A stretch of 63,564 nucleotides of DNA, counting the filler, from Octopus bimaculoides (lineage: Eukaryota): the NCBI RefSeq assembly GCF_001194135.2. It is 6 parts of 6 records of this genome, joined end to end, with 100 filler letters (N's around TTAATTAATTAA, not from the genome) between each part and the next. Parts side by side here need not be neighbours in the genome. Positions count along the whole stretch, not along the records: positions 1 to 13,825 come from NC_068988.1; 5 more parts are not named here. One strand, 5' to 3'. Shown here one piece after another: positions 1-12,487 of this stretch (its first letter is position 1; each line of letters opens with the position of its first letter). The notes under the pieces were generated by a model, which made no database searches, was not told the DNA's origin, and worked only from the letters and a program-made list of their open reading frames with translations. Position numbers and translations under genes: made by a program.

Positions 1-42
1 CTCTCTCTCTCTCTCTCTCTCACTCTCTGTCTCTCTCATAAA
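1..42. repeat. (CT)n microsatellite
   Basis: Direct CT dinucleotide run. Confidence 0.95.
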
Positions 43-289
43 TATGTGTGTATTTCTGAGTATGTGTACATATATATTACACGCATATACGTGTGTGCTT
101 TTATGAATGTATACATGTAGGTATTTGTGCATACGCTGTAAAAATTCTTGACGTGTAAATGCGACAATTGATAATTTGATTAGGTAAGCTTCACCGTATT
201 GCATACGGCAATGGTTTTCTGCAGCATTAGCTTTCTGTCCTGCTCATATATCCACTCAGCTTGTTGTCTGCTTCGCGTTCTTATTTATT

Positions 290-302
290 TATTTATTTAT
301 TC

Positions 303-361
<59 letters not shown>

Positions 362-378
362 CCTATCTATCTATCTGT
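290..378. repeat. (TATC)n microsatellite
   Basis: Direct tetranucleotide run; explains the YLSI-repeat ORFs. Confidence 0.95.
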
Positions 379-742
379 TCGCCTACAAACCTACCTGCCT
401 ATCCATCTATTGCCTCATCCACGCATCCACCCATCCTTTTCCGTCCTTCTCCGTCCATTCCTTCGACCGCCTGCCTGTCTGTCTGTCTGTCTATCTAGCT
501 AGCTATCCAATCGTCCATCCAGGTTTCGCGCCTTAACCAAAAGCCTGTAACATTCTCAAAACACCATAACTGGAGGAGCTTTCAATGCACTCAAGACTTG
601 TTGGCTTACCTATGATACTGATTACGAAGAAAGTAACGATATCATCACAAACAACATTTCTTTACTTACTAAACAATCTCCCCACCAACACACATACATG
701 TACATGTTACGGATCTTTCTGATTTGGCGAACACCATTTGTT

Positions 743-802
743 TTCTAACGAAACACTTTCTAACGAAACACTTTCTAACGAAACACTTTCAAACGAAACA
801 CT
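743..802. repeat. 15-bp tandem repeat x4 (TTCTAACGAAACACT)
   Basis: Units at 743, 758, 773, 788; the last has one substitution. Confidence 0.9.
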
Positions 803-1094
803 TGGGATACTGGTAGAATGTGTCATATAAAACATCTTTTTCTCTTAGCCTTGTTAAGAAAAGTTTCTATATTCCAAGTTATTTCATGTTAAAAGTTGTC
901 GTATTTCGGTAATTTCAACCAATCACTGACGTTTATTCAGGTGAAAACAATTACTGCTGTGGTTTGTCAACAACACGTTCTGGCGGTGTAATGGGATCTT
1001 TTCCCTTGAATAGAATTAGTGCAGTTGTTTGTCAACAACAACTATCGGCGGTACTGTTACTTATGACATCGTTCGTGCGTTTGTACTGGTTTTA

Positions 1095-1156
1095 GCTTTA
1101 GGGTTTTAGGGTTAGGGTTCTGGTTTTAGAGTTAGGGTTAGGGTTAGGGTTTTAGA
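1095..1156 (+). repeat. Interstitial degenerate (TTAGGG)n tract, probably inside an unclassified interspersed element
   Basis: TTAGGG/TTTTAGGG/TTAGAG units; a second short tract at ~1340-1375. Confidence 0.75.
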
Positions 1157-1599
1157 TAATCTCGTTTCGAACCACTCACCCAATGAGTATTTTTTCCAAA
1201 TTTGGTGAAAATCTATTCAACAATCTTTCGGTAATTTTCTATGTACTTTGTACTCAGTAGCACATTTTCTAAATGATGGTAGAGTTTAATTTGAGGAAGA
1301 TTTGGCTGCCATTTCTAGGAAATGAAGCAACTGTTTAGAGTTAGGGTTTAGGGTGAAGGTTAAGGTTAGGATTAGACTGCACGCTAAGGTGTAAATGGCT
1401 AGGTAGATGGCACGCTAAAGTGGAACCCTAATTATCATTATAATGCATTTGTATGCAAATGCAGAAACAATAATGCATTTTACACTCTTAATCTCCTCAT
1501 CTACATACCCGCATTCCACCCGGATTACTGTTGGGTATACTTATGGATTTCACTAATAAATCCATAAGTATGTTTTTGCTTATTCTGTTCTTTTTCTTA

Positions 1600-1790
1600 C
1601 TCCGTACGTTGTGTTTTTTCTTTTCATCCTCTCTCTGTTTATTTTCTCTTATTCCTTTCTATTGAAGAGCGTAGGCTCGAAGTGTAAAAGACTTTCTCAC
1701 CTTCCCGAGCGTCAAACTAATACACCTGCTTGTTGTTTATACACCTGTCTTCGTCTTTTGTTTTTCTGTAAACTTCAACTATATATATAT
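1600..1790 (+). mobile_element. Penelope-associated repeat with decayed minimal hammerhead (1654-1691)
   Basis: Homologous to 50250-50420; CTATTGA-A-GAGC-GTAG-GCTC-GAAG-TGTA-AAAGA. Confidence 0.55.
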
Positions 1791-2050
1791 ATTAATCAAT
1801 GAAATTCCAACTTAGCCTGATTTTCACGTTTTATTATTTGCAATTTTTACAGTTTTACAATATTGAAATGAACTGCTATTTTCATGTGTTATGCAATCAT
1901 CAGATTTATGCAGTGACAGTTGTGTTCCACTGTGGAACGTCGACTTCAGTGTTAAGCTAGTACTTATTTTTACCTCAAAATGATGAGAAAAAAAGACATC
2001 TCGGCGGAGTTTGAACTTGGAAGGTAAATAAGTTGTTAACAGTAATAATA

Positions 2051-2200
2051 ATCCTTTGTACTATTATGACAAGGCCTGAAATTTTTGAGGGGATGATTTA
2101 GTCGATTACACCGACCCCGTGCTTAACTAATACTAATATTTTCTACCCCGAAAGGATGAAAGGCGAAGTCAGCCTCGGCAGAATTTGAACTCTGGACATA
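2051..2200 (-). mobile_element. tRNA-derived SINE, family A (partial)
   Basis: Body CCCCGAAAGGATGAAAGGC and B-box complement GAATTTGAACTC. Confidence 0.75.
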
Positions 2201-2578
2201 AATGTAATTATCATTATCTTTCCATGTGAAAACTTATTTTCACCTGGCTCAGTGACGATGTTTGAATGTTTATAGTACCTATTTTCTGTATACACTGCGT
2301 CCACTTGTATGCCGGAAAATACGGTAACTTAAATGTATCAGGACAATTCAGATTTAGCTGACCTACGAATAAATGAGTTCCAGCTGTTATCACAGGATAT
2401 AATCTATCTTAGATCAGATAATCTAAGGTCAATACTTTTTTAATGACGTTAGAGCGAATTGAAGAGGATTTGGCTATTATTTCTGAACATCAAGCGATTG
2501 CGGAAAAGCCCCTTCGCTGGTTTGTCACTGGCGTAAGTTAACTGAGGCGGTTCCAACAAACTGATTGTCTCACTAAAG

Positions 2579-2908
2579 CAGGGTTTCTCAACTTTTTTTT
2601 TTACCTATGAATCCCTTTGATTATAATTTTATTCTGGTGGAGCCCCATAGTCTTCGATGTAGTTTCATAGTAGTTTCATAGGAACTTCTTTCAAAATTCC
2701 CTTTTCGTTTTTCACACATTAACTTGTGAAGGTTGAACTATGTAAAATGTTATAGAAAAAAAAACTAGCTGTTTCTTGCAAGATATAATACATATATCTA
2801 ATGCAAAATTTTTTCAGGGGCCCTTAAAATACTTTTGTGGCTCCCCAATTTTCTATTTTGTTGCATAGACCCCTGAAATTTAATATGGGCCCCGGTTGAG
2901 AACCACTG
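2579..2908. mobile_element. hAT/Charlie-type MITE
   Basis: TIRs CAGGGTTTCTCAAC / GTTGAGAACCACTG; 8-bp TSD CACTAAAG / CTCTAAAG. Confidence 0.85.
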
Positions 2909-3344
2909 CTCTAAAGCATCTTTTACAAAACTATTTCTTTTGAAATCATGAACCCTGATAACTTTAGGGGATGAGGAAATCGGTAAGTGTGACGTTCATG
3001 TGTCAAACTGCATTTGTCGTTTAAGGTGACACAAAAAGTTAAACACCGAATCGTGAAACCTCTTCAATTAACAGTCTTTTTCTACAGAGCTGCAGACGTC
3101 ACATGACTTAAAATAAGGCTCTCAGATTTCTGCAGAAAAAGGAAAGAGACTAAGAGACATTCAAACTTTCTTCTATATCAGCGGAGTATAAATGAAATAA
3201 ATCAACTGTAACTAGACTTTGAAATTTGATTACAGCCTCGAATCGGCAGAGAACGTACATCTGATTTACGATGTTTGTTCCCTAAATGGGAAAATAGCAA
3301 CACAAATATTATTTATTAGTTGCTTTGCGAGTAAGGGAGTTTAC

Positions 3345-3520
3345 ATGTGGTATCTAGGCCTACCAGAAATAAGAGGAAAATCTTCGAATCACTCCCTACC
3401 GTCTTAAAAAACGAACAAACGCACGGGATAACGTGGGTCCACTAAACATTTTGTCAAGGGAGAAAAAACCGGATGGTTACGGCTGAAGTGCCTACTCGAT
3501 CGGAGTTGACCTGGGTTAAT
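3345..3520 (+). mobile_element. Short interspersed repeat, family E (degenerate)
   Basis: AGAAATA...AATCAC.CCCTACCGTCTTAAAAAA...GACCTGGG; homologous to 39270-39700 and 41470-41665, with fragments near 1290, 2450, 12930. Confidence 0.55.
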
Positions 3521-3548
3521 GTGTTTTAGTTTCCATTATTTTTACCAG

Positions 3549-3607
3549 CACCAGAAGATCAAGAACAGACAGACCTACAGGCATCAGACTTCAAAGAGAT
3601 GAATTAA
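3549..3607 (+). CDS. Possible terminal coding exon (PEDQEQTDLQASDFKEMN*), unidentified
   Basis: Pyrimidine-rich acceptor ...ATTATTTTTACCAG, short open frame to TAA, AATAAA ~95 nt downstream; no recognised homology and no partner exon. Confidence 0.2.
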
Positions 3608-4481
3608 GAATTGGATTTGCTTGTTTTTAAAAGTGCTAATGTCATCAAGTACAGTCTATAAAATACAGCGCAGCAGTCATGAATGAGCAGAATTTGAAGA
3701 ATAAATAAAGTAAATAAATATAATTAAAGAAAAAATAATAAACGTGAAAAAATATATAAAATAAATTTTAAAACATTTTTTTAAAAGTTTTCAGTTAGAT
3801 TTTAAATTTTATTTAGTTCCGTTTTTATTATTTTTTTGTGTAGATTTTGATTCTATATAGAATTTTTTATTTGTTTTTCGCTTTTATATACTTTATATTA
3901 AAATGTTTCATTGCTTTTGACACTGAAATTAAGTTATTTGTTGACCTTTTACCCTCTAAAAATGAACTGGAATCGTTATTATATCCATACTCATTCACAG
4001 CATTAAAGGACAATTTTTTTATCATCATTGACATTTACGCAGGTTTATTAACCCTTCATATATTATTGCCAAGACCANNNNNNNNNNNNNNNNNNNNNNN
4101 NNNNNNNNNNNNNNNNNNNNNNNNNNNNNNNNNNNNNNNNNNNNNNNNNNNNNNNNNNNNNNNNNNNNNNNNNNNNNNNNNNNNNNNNNNNNNNNNNNNN
4201 NNNNNNNNNNNNNNNNNNNNNNNNNNNNNNNNNNNNNNNNNNNNNNNNNNNNNNNNNNNNNNNNNNNNNNNNNNNNNNNNNNNNNNNNNNNNNNNNNNNN
4301 NNNNNNNNNNNNNNNNNNNNNNNNNNNNNNNNNNNNNNNNNNNNNNNNNNNNNNNNNNNNNNNNNNNNNNNNNNNNNNNNNNNNNNNNNNNNNNNNNNNN
4401 NNNNNNNNNNNNNNNNNNNNNNNNNNNNNNNNNNNNNNNNNNNNNNNNNNNNNNNNNNNNNNNNNNNNNNNNNNNNNNNNN

Positions 4482-4513
<32 letters not shown>

Positions 4514-5137
4514 GTAGATAGATAGCTAGATAGATAAAACTTATTTGGAAATGGATGCGTGACGTTCGATCATATAATAATATAAATAATATGTATATGC
4601 ATATATGCATACATATATGTACATACCTACATATATATGTAAATATACATGCATATATGGGTACAGGGCGTCAAAAAACGTGAACAAAATGAAAAACGAG
4701 AACATTAAAAAACAAGAATATGGAAAACGAACTTTTTTTCGGACAACAAGCAACATAAAGAACAATCCCTTCATCAGTTGTCCCCTGTTTTATCTACTCC
4801 GCGTTTCGAAGGTTGGGACAAGACGCGACTTTGTTAAAACAGTCCTTCCCGCAAAGCAAATTAAATAAAATTTGGGATTTTTGCGGAGGGTTAAAGTGGT
4901 AACAAAAACAGGACAGTAAGAACAAAACTGTAAAAACAAACGGTGAGGGCTGTTAAGCTATAACAAGTGAAGTGGTGAACGCTGGAGAAAGGAGCTATTA
5001 CAAGAGACAGACAAAAGTAGGTTTTATCTCTTGTAAAGCGAGAGGGAAAAAGAACGATAGCCGCTGGTCACGTGTGAGCAACGAGAGAGTCAAGGAGGAA
5101 GAGTGAGGGGGAGAGAAAGAGAATGGTGAAGGGGAGA

Positions 5138-5544
5138 TTTAATGCACGTACATTATTGACAGACAAGTTACTGTATATATTAGCGTCAGAGGCAGTATTA
5201 ATACCGAGAGGTAATATTTATTCCCGCTTATACGTGGATGTTCTGTTAGAACAAACTTTACTGCCGTAGATACTAAGAAAGAAACCTTCATATAGGCTTT
5301 TGGTGCCGAGTGCACGCTTGCTTCTTTACATTGCAAGCGGGGATATAAATGCCCACCAACTCCAGCACCGAAACCACCAGATCATATGGTTTCGATCTTC
5401 CTCGATCTCATCGGTGATGGACGTTCGACCGCTAGAGATAGCAGAGACTCGTCTCCCCAGTAACGATATATAGAAAATCCGTACCTGAACAGGCACTGGT
5501 GTCCCGATTAGCCCATCCAGAGATAACATCTTTTATGAACGTGC
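5138..5544 (-). mobile_element. Retrozyme-like HHR-bearing non-coding unit (~390 nt)
   Basis: Contains HHR 5374-5420; sequence downstream of the cleavage site aligns by eye with 35576-35770 and 39888-40120. Confidence 0.65.
5374..5420 (-). ncRNA. Type I hammerhead ribozyme (U4C core variant)
   Basis: CCAUCA-CCGAUGA-GAUC(GAGGAA)GAUC-GAAA-CCAUAUGAUC^UGGUGG; stem I 6 bp with 1 GU, stem II 4 bp, AUC cleavage triplet. Confidence 0.8.
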
Positions 5545-5614
5545 TGCATTTAAAAGTACAGTATAAATTGGAGGAAGAGGAGAATCCTCCCAGCGGCAGC
5601 TGGAGAAAATGCTA

Positions 5615-5730
5615 GAATTTATCGACCCCGAAAGGATGAAAGGTAAAGATGACCACAGCAGAATTTGAACTCAGAATGTAAAGACAGATGAAATACCGCT
5701 AAGCATTTCGCCTGGCGTGCTAACGTTTCT
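5615..5730 (-). mobile_element. SINE family A, truncated second monomer of a dimer
   Basis: Body and head lacking the first ~15 nt, directly abutting the tail of 5731-5963. Confidence 0.85.
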
Positions 5731-5963
5731 CATTTCTTTATTGCCCACAAGGGGCTAAACGTAGAGGGGACAAACAAGGACAGACAAAGGGATTAAGTCG
5801 ATTACATCGACCCCAGTGCGTAACTGGTACTTAATTTATCGACCCCGAAAGGATGAAAGGCAAAGTCGACCTCGGCGGAATTTGAACTCAGAACGTAACG
5901 GCAGACGAAATACCGCTAAGCATTTCGCCCGGCGTGCTAACGTTTCTGCCAGCTCGCTGCCTT
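5731..5963 (-). mobile_element. SINE family A, full length (tail type A1)
   Basis: A-box-like TGGCAGAAACGTTAG, B-box GAGTTCAAATTCC, tail ...GGGCAATAAAGAAAT. Confidence 0.92.
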
Positions 5964-6162
5964 CCAGNNNNNNNNNNNNNNNNNNNNNNNNNNNNNNNNN
6001 NNNNNNNNNNNNNNNNNNNNNNNNNNNNNNNNNNNNNNNNNNNNNNNNNNNNNNNNNNNNNNNNNNNNNNNNNNNNNNNNNNNNNNNNNNNNNNNNNNNN
6101 NNNNNNNNNNNNNNNNNNNNNNNNNNNNNNNNNNNNNNNNNNNNNNNNNNNNNNNNNNNNNN

Positions 6163-6360
6163 GGGAACAAACAAGAACAGACGAACGGATTAAGTCGATT
6201 ACATCGACCCCAGTGCGTAACTGGTACTTAATTTATCGACCCCGAAAGGATGAAAGGCAAAGTCGACCTCGGCGGAATTTGAACTCAGAACGTAACGGCA
6301 GATGAAATACCGCTAAGCATTTCGCCCGGCGTGCTAACGTTTCTGCCAGCTCGCTGCCTT
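6163..6360 (-). mobile_element. SINE family A (near duplicate of 5731-5963 across a gap)
   Basis: Almost identical sequence and the same CTTCCAG flank; may be a haplotype or assembly duplicate. Confidence 0.85.
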
Positions 6361-6387
6361 CCAGATTACATATATTGTAATGCAAAT

Positions 6388-6608
6388 GATATTGGCTGCA
6401 AATTTTGGCACAAGGCCAGCAATTTTAGGGATGGGTTAAGTCAATTACATTGACTCCAACGTTCAACTGGTACTTATTTAATAGACACTGAAAGGATAAA
6501 AAGCAAAGCTGACATCGGAGGAATTAGAACTCAGAACGTATAGACGGACGAAATGCCGCCGAGCATTTTTTCCCCGGTGTGCTAACAATTCTGCCAGATC
6601 GCTTCCTT
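6388..6608 (-). mobile_element. SINE family A (tail type A3), older copy
   Basis: Tail complement AAATTTTGGCACAAGGCCAGCAATTT plus body and head. Confidence 0.8.
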
Positions 6609-7132
6609 TGTAAATAACATTGATATAACAAAAGAAAACCACCGGGCAAGAAATGAATGTCTTCCAACCCTCCTGGTCAAAATTTGTGGATGTTTTCTTC
6701 TTTAGACTCAGGGTCCATTTATGACCATTATATCTTACTATCTAACAATTTATCCAGTATTATTTATGCAAACAATATGCGCGTTCTTTGTTTTATTTTT
6801 TTCTAATATTGTAATGTGTTTATTTTTAACAAATTCAGTGATCACGTAGAGACTTCCCCATTGGTTAAGTTTGAGTCAAATGACATTTTCGTTGTTTCTG
6901 TATGTGCAAAGCTGTGTGGTTAAAAACTTCGTTTTGCGACATGATTAGTATTCGATTCCATTGTAGGTCACCTTAGGCATGTCTTTCACTAAAGACCAGG
7001 TTGATTAATATCTTGTGAGAGAGTGAGTGTAATTTAGTTAGCAATAGCTGTGCAGAAGCTCAAAATATGTGCTTGAGTGCACACACACACACACACACAG
7101 ATAGATAGATAGATAGATAGATGTAATTATCT

Positions 7133-7285
7133 TAAGTGCAGGTATGATTGTGTGTAAACAGTTTGCTTCCCAACCATGTGGTTCCGGGTTCAGTCTCATT
7201 GCGTGGCACTTTGGGCAAGTGATTTCTGCTACAGCCTCGAGTCGACTAAAGCTTTGTGAGTGGACTTAGTAGCCGGAAACTGTAA
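7133..7285 (+). mobile_element. SINE family B, 5' half
   Basis: tRNA-like head GGTTCCGGGTTCAGTC and CTTTGGGCAAGTG domain. Confidence 0.75.
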
Positions 7286-7461
7286 TAGTTCGACTCGAAA
7301 GCTTTACCTTAATTTAATTTACTTTAATTTGATTTATACATTTTCTTCTTTCTACACTTATCCTTAATTATTAACCGAAAGACAATTTGTTAATACTAAA
7401 ACTGAAAAGGAAATATTTTGCCTTCAGAACACCAAAGAAAGTAGATTTTATCCATTAATTT

Positions 7462-7606
7462 TTACTTTTATTTGACTCCAGTCATTCTGGGCACCGCCTT
7501 CATACGTTTAGTCGAACAAATCGATCCCAGGAATTGGTGTTTTTTTTTTGTTTTTTTTTAGGTATGGTATATATTCTATCGGTCTCTGTACCGAACCGCT
7601 AAGTTA
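7462..7606 (-). mobile_element. SINE family B, 3' half
   Basis: Complement of TAACTTAGCGGTTCGG...ATAGAAT and tail. Confidence 0.7.
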
Positions 7607-8059
7607 NNNNNNNNNNNNNNNNNNNNNNNNNNNNNNNNNNNNNNNNNNNNNNNNNNNNNNNNNNNNNNNNNNNNNNNNNNNNNNNNNNNNNNNNNNNNNN
7701 NNNNNNNNNNNNNNNNNNNNNNNNNNNNNNNNNNNNNNNNNNNNNNNNNNNNNNNNNNNNNNNNNNNNNNNNNNNNNNNNNNNNNNNNNNNNNNNNNNNN
7801 NNNNNNNNNNNNNNNNNNNNNNNNNNNNNNNNNNNNNNNNNNNNNNNNNNNNNNNNNNNNNNNNNNNNNNNNNNNNNNNNNNNNNNNNNNNNNNNNNNNN
7901 NNNNNNNNNNNNNNNNNNNNNNNNNNNNNNNNNNNNNNNNNNNNNNNNNNNNNNNNNNNNNNNNNNNNNNNNNNNNNNNNNNNNNNNNNNNNNNNNNNNN
8001 NNNNNNNNNNNNNNNNNNNNNNNNNNNNNNNNNNNNNNNNNNNNNNNNNNNNNNNNNNN

Positions 8060-8350
8060 GCTATGTGGTAAGAAGTTTGCTTCCCAGTAGACGGAAACTG
8101 AAAGAAGCCTGTCGAATATATATTATAGGTATATATTTGTCTGTTTGTCCCGTATCACTGCTTAACAACCGTGTTGATGTATTTACATCCCCGTAACCTA
8201 GCTTTTCAGCAAAAGAGATCGATAGCACAAATATCAAGCTTTAAAAAGTAAGTTCTGGAGTCGATTCATTCGACTGAAAATTCTTGAAGGTGGTGCCCCA
8301 GCATGGCCGCAGTCTAATGACTGAAACAAGCAAGAGATAAAAGGTAAAAG
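8060..8350 (+). mobile_element. SINE family B, internally deleted
   Basis: GACGGAAACTGAAAGAAGCC...GGTGCCCCAGCATGGCCGCAGTC. Confidence 0.8.
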
Positions 8351-9096
8351 AAGGTTGTGCGTGCGTGTGTGAACACACGCACATAAACCATTAAAGTCGT
8401 TGCTCTAGCATGGCCGCGATCCATTAACTGAAAACATTAAAAGAAAGGAAAAAGAATTTAGGCCATTTTCTCAGCACATGTCAACAACTCCATGTAAACA
8501 ATTGAGTCAATAGTCAGTCAAACACGTCAGTGTCAACAATTTAATCTCGATAAACAGGAATATGTTCTATAATTGTAGCTTTCATTAATGGCCCTGTCAT
8601 GTTTTTCACCCTGTTGTTTCAGCTTCTAAACATCAAGGGAAAAAGAAAACAAAAATCAACCGAACCATTGCTGCTGCTGCTTCTGCTGCTGCTGCTTCTG
8701 CTGCTGACACTACAATTGTCATTATAGAGACAAATCTTTCGGTTTATCATTATTTGTTACCTTACCTCCCTCTCCTCTCTATGTGCGCGCGTTTGCGTGC
8801 ATATATATATATATATGTATATATATATAAATTTATACAGAGAAAGAGAGAATGAGAATGTGAGTGTGTGTATGTGTACATGAGAATATATAGAATATAT
8901 ATAAATTATATTTCATAATGCTGAGACAACTTTGTTGTTGTGCTCAGAATTTTGCTGATAGAGTTGTTTTTCCCATCATTTACACACACATACACACACT
9001 CACTCACACACACACATGCACACGCTCAAACACATACATATATATGTATGTGTGTGTGTGTGTGTATGTATGCTTGTATGTAGGCATATGCAATTT

Positions 9097-9262
9097 TACT
9101 CTTTTACTTCCTTCAATCATTGGACTGCGGCCATACAAGAAAACCGGCTTGAAGGGTTCTTCAAACAAATTGACACCAGTACATATTTTAAGTTTAGTAT
9201 TCTTGTGCCTAATCGCCAAGTTACGAGGATGTAAATGAAGCAACACCGGTTTGAAGCGCTGT
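9097..9262 (-). mobile_element. SINE family B, 3' half
   Basis: TTTTACTCTTTTACTT...GACTGCGGCCAT. Confidence 0.7.
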
Positions 9263-9646
9263 GGGAGAAACAGAAAGACATGCACATAGATAGTTAGACA
9301 GACAGACAGACATATAGATAAATGCGCTTATTCTGCAATACAATGGTAACAGAAAACCATAAACCAGCACCATGCTTCCCCTTGACCAGTACCTTAGTGT
9401 TTCTCTAGTCCAAATATTAGTGTACAAATGCAAGGGTGAGTTGTGTGTTTTACAATGTCATCACGGTTTCTCGCCGCATCCCCTGTCTTTAAAAAACACA
9501 GACGGACAATCCTGTAGGCTTTGCTGTGTAGGATGGCGCATACTTCTTGTCATGCATCAGATGAGGCCTTTTCCAGATGCACGTCTGAAGGTAAACAAAA
9601 ATCCTCCACTATTTTAAGCATTCATAATTATATGAATGTATAATTT

Positions 9647-9810
9647 AGGCGCCGGAGTGGCTGTGTGGTAAGTAGCTTGCTTTCCAACCACATGGTTCCA
9701 GGTTCATTCCCACTGCGTGGCACCTTGGACAAATGTCTTCTACTATAGCCTCGGGCTGAACAAAGCCTTGTGAGTGGATTTGGTAGATAGAAGCTGAAAG
9801 AAGCTCGTCG

Positions 9811-9865
<55 letters not shown>

Positions 9866-9875
9866 NNNNNNNNNN

Positions 9876-9924
<49 letters not shown>

Positions 9925-10112
9925 TCCCACCATCGCTTGACAACTGATGTTGGTGTGTTTACGTCCCCGTCACTTAGCGGTTCGGCAAAAGAGACCGATA
10001 GAATAAGTACTAGGCTTACAAAGAATAAGTTCTGGGGTCGATTTGTTGGACTAAAAGGGCGGCGCTCCAGCATGGCCACAGTCAAATGACTGAAACAAGT
10101 AAAAGAATAAAA
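9647..10112 (+). mobile_element. SINE family B, full length with internal (TA)n(TG)n
   Basis: Head GGAGTGGCTGTGTGGTAAG, B-box, internal microsatellite, AAAAG-type tail. Confidence 0.92.
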
Positions 10113-12487
10113 TAATACGAGTGTCTCCGTTATCAGTTCTAAAGTATATTCTTTATGCAAGCGAAGACTATGTAGCTTGACATAATTATGCGAAGTCACT
10201 TGTTTCTGCAAAAACTTTCACGTAAAGCTTTTCTGCTGCACTTGTGACATTGGAGAAACTGCCGTCTTAAAAAATACTTTTAATAATTACAATGATTTGT
10301 TTTCTTACCATAATGGTGATGGGTAAGGAAACATTACAGGAGCAAATAGCAGAAACGATGAAGGTTTACATAGAATAGAGTGTAGAAAATCATAAAAACC
10401 AACAATATGAAAGAAAAGAAAGATTCCTTTTAGGTAGCAGTTATCTGAGTTAAATAAAGTAACTCCACAATTCCAGGCTTACCCTTACTGCATTGGGTAA
10501 ATGACCTCCTCCAGCTGTCATTTTCTGGTCTTCTGCTGAACTGAAGCCAGATTTTTTACTCACCGTTTCTAATTTCCACGAATGAAGCGAAGGTTACTGC
10601 TGAAGGCGAGGATCTGCACTTTCCCAACTACATAACCAACGGCAAGCACATCAGGCTCTTTACTAGCAGCTTGACCAAAATCTTAAACTCTACGCTCAGC
10701 CAAAAAAATATCAATAATGTTTCTCGCATTCTTTTTTAACACTACATCTCAACTGTTGTCATTGACATTTTGCACTACCTCATGTCTTCCGCCGTGTGTT
10801 TCGTTAGGCTGTTAACATCGGCACTAAGATCCACCACTGCTTGATGTCCATCGTTTGCTCCAAACAACTGAACAAAGTGCCGCTGGGAAGCCGCATACAC
10901 ATGTCAGTAATTGAATAATACACGTTTGTGCAGCTTCATCAAAGACTGTGTTATTGCTTTGTTGCTATGTCACACATCGCTTCTGCGGTATGGATCCATA
11001 GAAATGCTTTCATTTTCTAGTGCATTAGAGCACAAGACTTATGTCTGACAAAGCAACCATCGCGTTAAAGAAATAGGTGAAGACTATTATTGCCGCTAGA
11101 ATGTCGGTTGCTATGTCTTTCCTAAGCGTCTTTTCTGACTTATTCAGTAATTATTTCTCTACTTCTCGCTACTTCTTTGCTGAGTCCTATCGATTCTCCT
11201 CTAATCGTCCACTTCAGAGCACGCTGCCATCGAATGTTGACAGTCGTCCCCGAAAACTACTGCTGAACGAATTCGCTAAATAAGTCACTGAAGACTTTAC
11301 GCAGAGAGACCCTGTCGTTCAGCTTCCACTAGCCGGGCCCCTATCTAAACGTTCTATGTAGGTTAACTGACTGACCACACATTTCTGGTTTGTGTAAGCA
11401 GTCTCCTTGAAAATGTAGACATGTGACACTATTTCTATCCGCTGACCAAACAAATTGGTTTATCTAGATACGATTTGGGTCATCTGACGGAGTCGCTCCA
11501 TGTCCATATTATAGAAATCCTGTTAACAGAAATAAGAAATAGAAATCCTGTTAATAACTATAAGGCAGTCGGAATTGTTTAAGTATGTCAGTGAGGTTTA
11601 CACACCCGCATCTTATCAGCTAATGCCACACAATCTCAGCAGGAGACTAAAATGCCATTCGTTTTTCACTAGTGTCAGAGAGTGGGGCGTTCCAAAGAAC
11701 ACTTCTAGACACTTGAAGTAATCCGACGTGTACCAGTACTCCGAAGAAACATAGCCTTTGCTGCTGCTCACGCCCAGCAGCAGCAACAACTTTTAGTCCG
11801 CGACCGGGAAGATCACCTTCACATCAGGATCCATACAGATCTTGTATATCGATACTTGATATGGGTCAGACATAAAGACACATCCATCGCGTAGCCGTCG
11901 AATATATGCATAAATACATGTCTCTCCAAACACTATGATGTGTCAATCTCATGTTTAGAAGTCCTCAGCTGTTCAACTGCCAACTTAAAGAAATCAGAAA
12001 AATAAAAAGGATCCTCTACTAAAACATTTAAAAAAGACATTAGATAAACTCTTAACGACGAGACCGGACCAGCCAACCATTTAAACATACACACATAGAA
12101 GAGCAGCTGCTGCAAACTCAATCATTAAATATCTTCCAACTATAAAGCGACAACAGAATTGAAAGAAAATAAATTAAGGTGGTGCTCCAGCTTGGCTGCA
12201 GTCCTACTACTGAAATCGCTGAAAGAATAAAATCCCGCTGATAGGTACCACAACTGTATATATTGTCCTGTAGCCTTGTCTAAGACAACCTTAGGCCAAG
12301 TACATTCAAACATCCTACTCTGAGTTTGTCATACTTGCCGGAGAAAGATAAAGGCAATCTAATCTTCTCAGTACTGGAAAAGAGGATCCTTTGAAAGGTC
12401 TTTCAAAAATTTCTTCGCTGTCCTTTTTTTTCCCCCCGAAGTAGTTCCCATATCATAATGGTATTTTGATATGAATGTCATGTAGAT

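Noticed and set aside
610-670. Minus-strand donor-like ATAG|GTAAGC
   Set aside because: No credible acceptor and no recognisable peptide.
4725-4830. CTGATGA and GAAACGCG on the minus strand as a hammerhead
   Set aside because: The order and pairing do not give a proper stem II, and there is no NUH cleavage triplet after GAAAC.
5731-6363. Tandem SINE pair as a true duplication
   Set aside because: Same flank and separated only by a gap; likely two haplotypes or an assembly overlap.
10925-10960. VFDEAAQ as an Upf1-like helicase motif II
   Set aside because: An isolated 7-residue match with no Walker A or other helicase motifs in frame.
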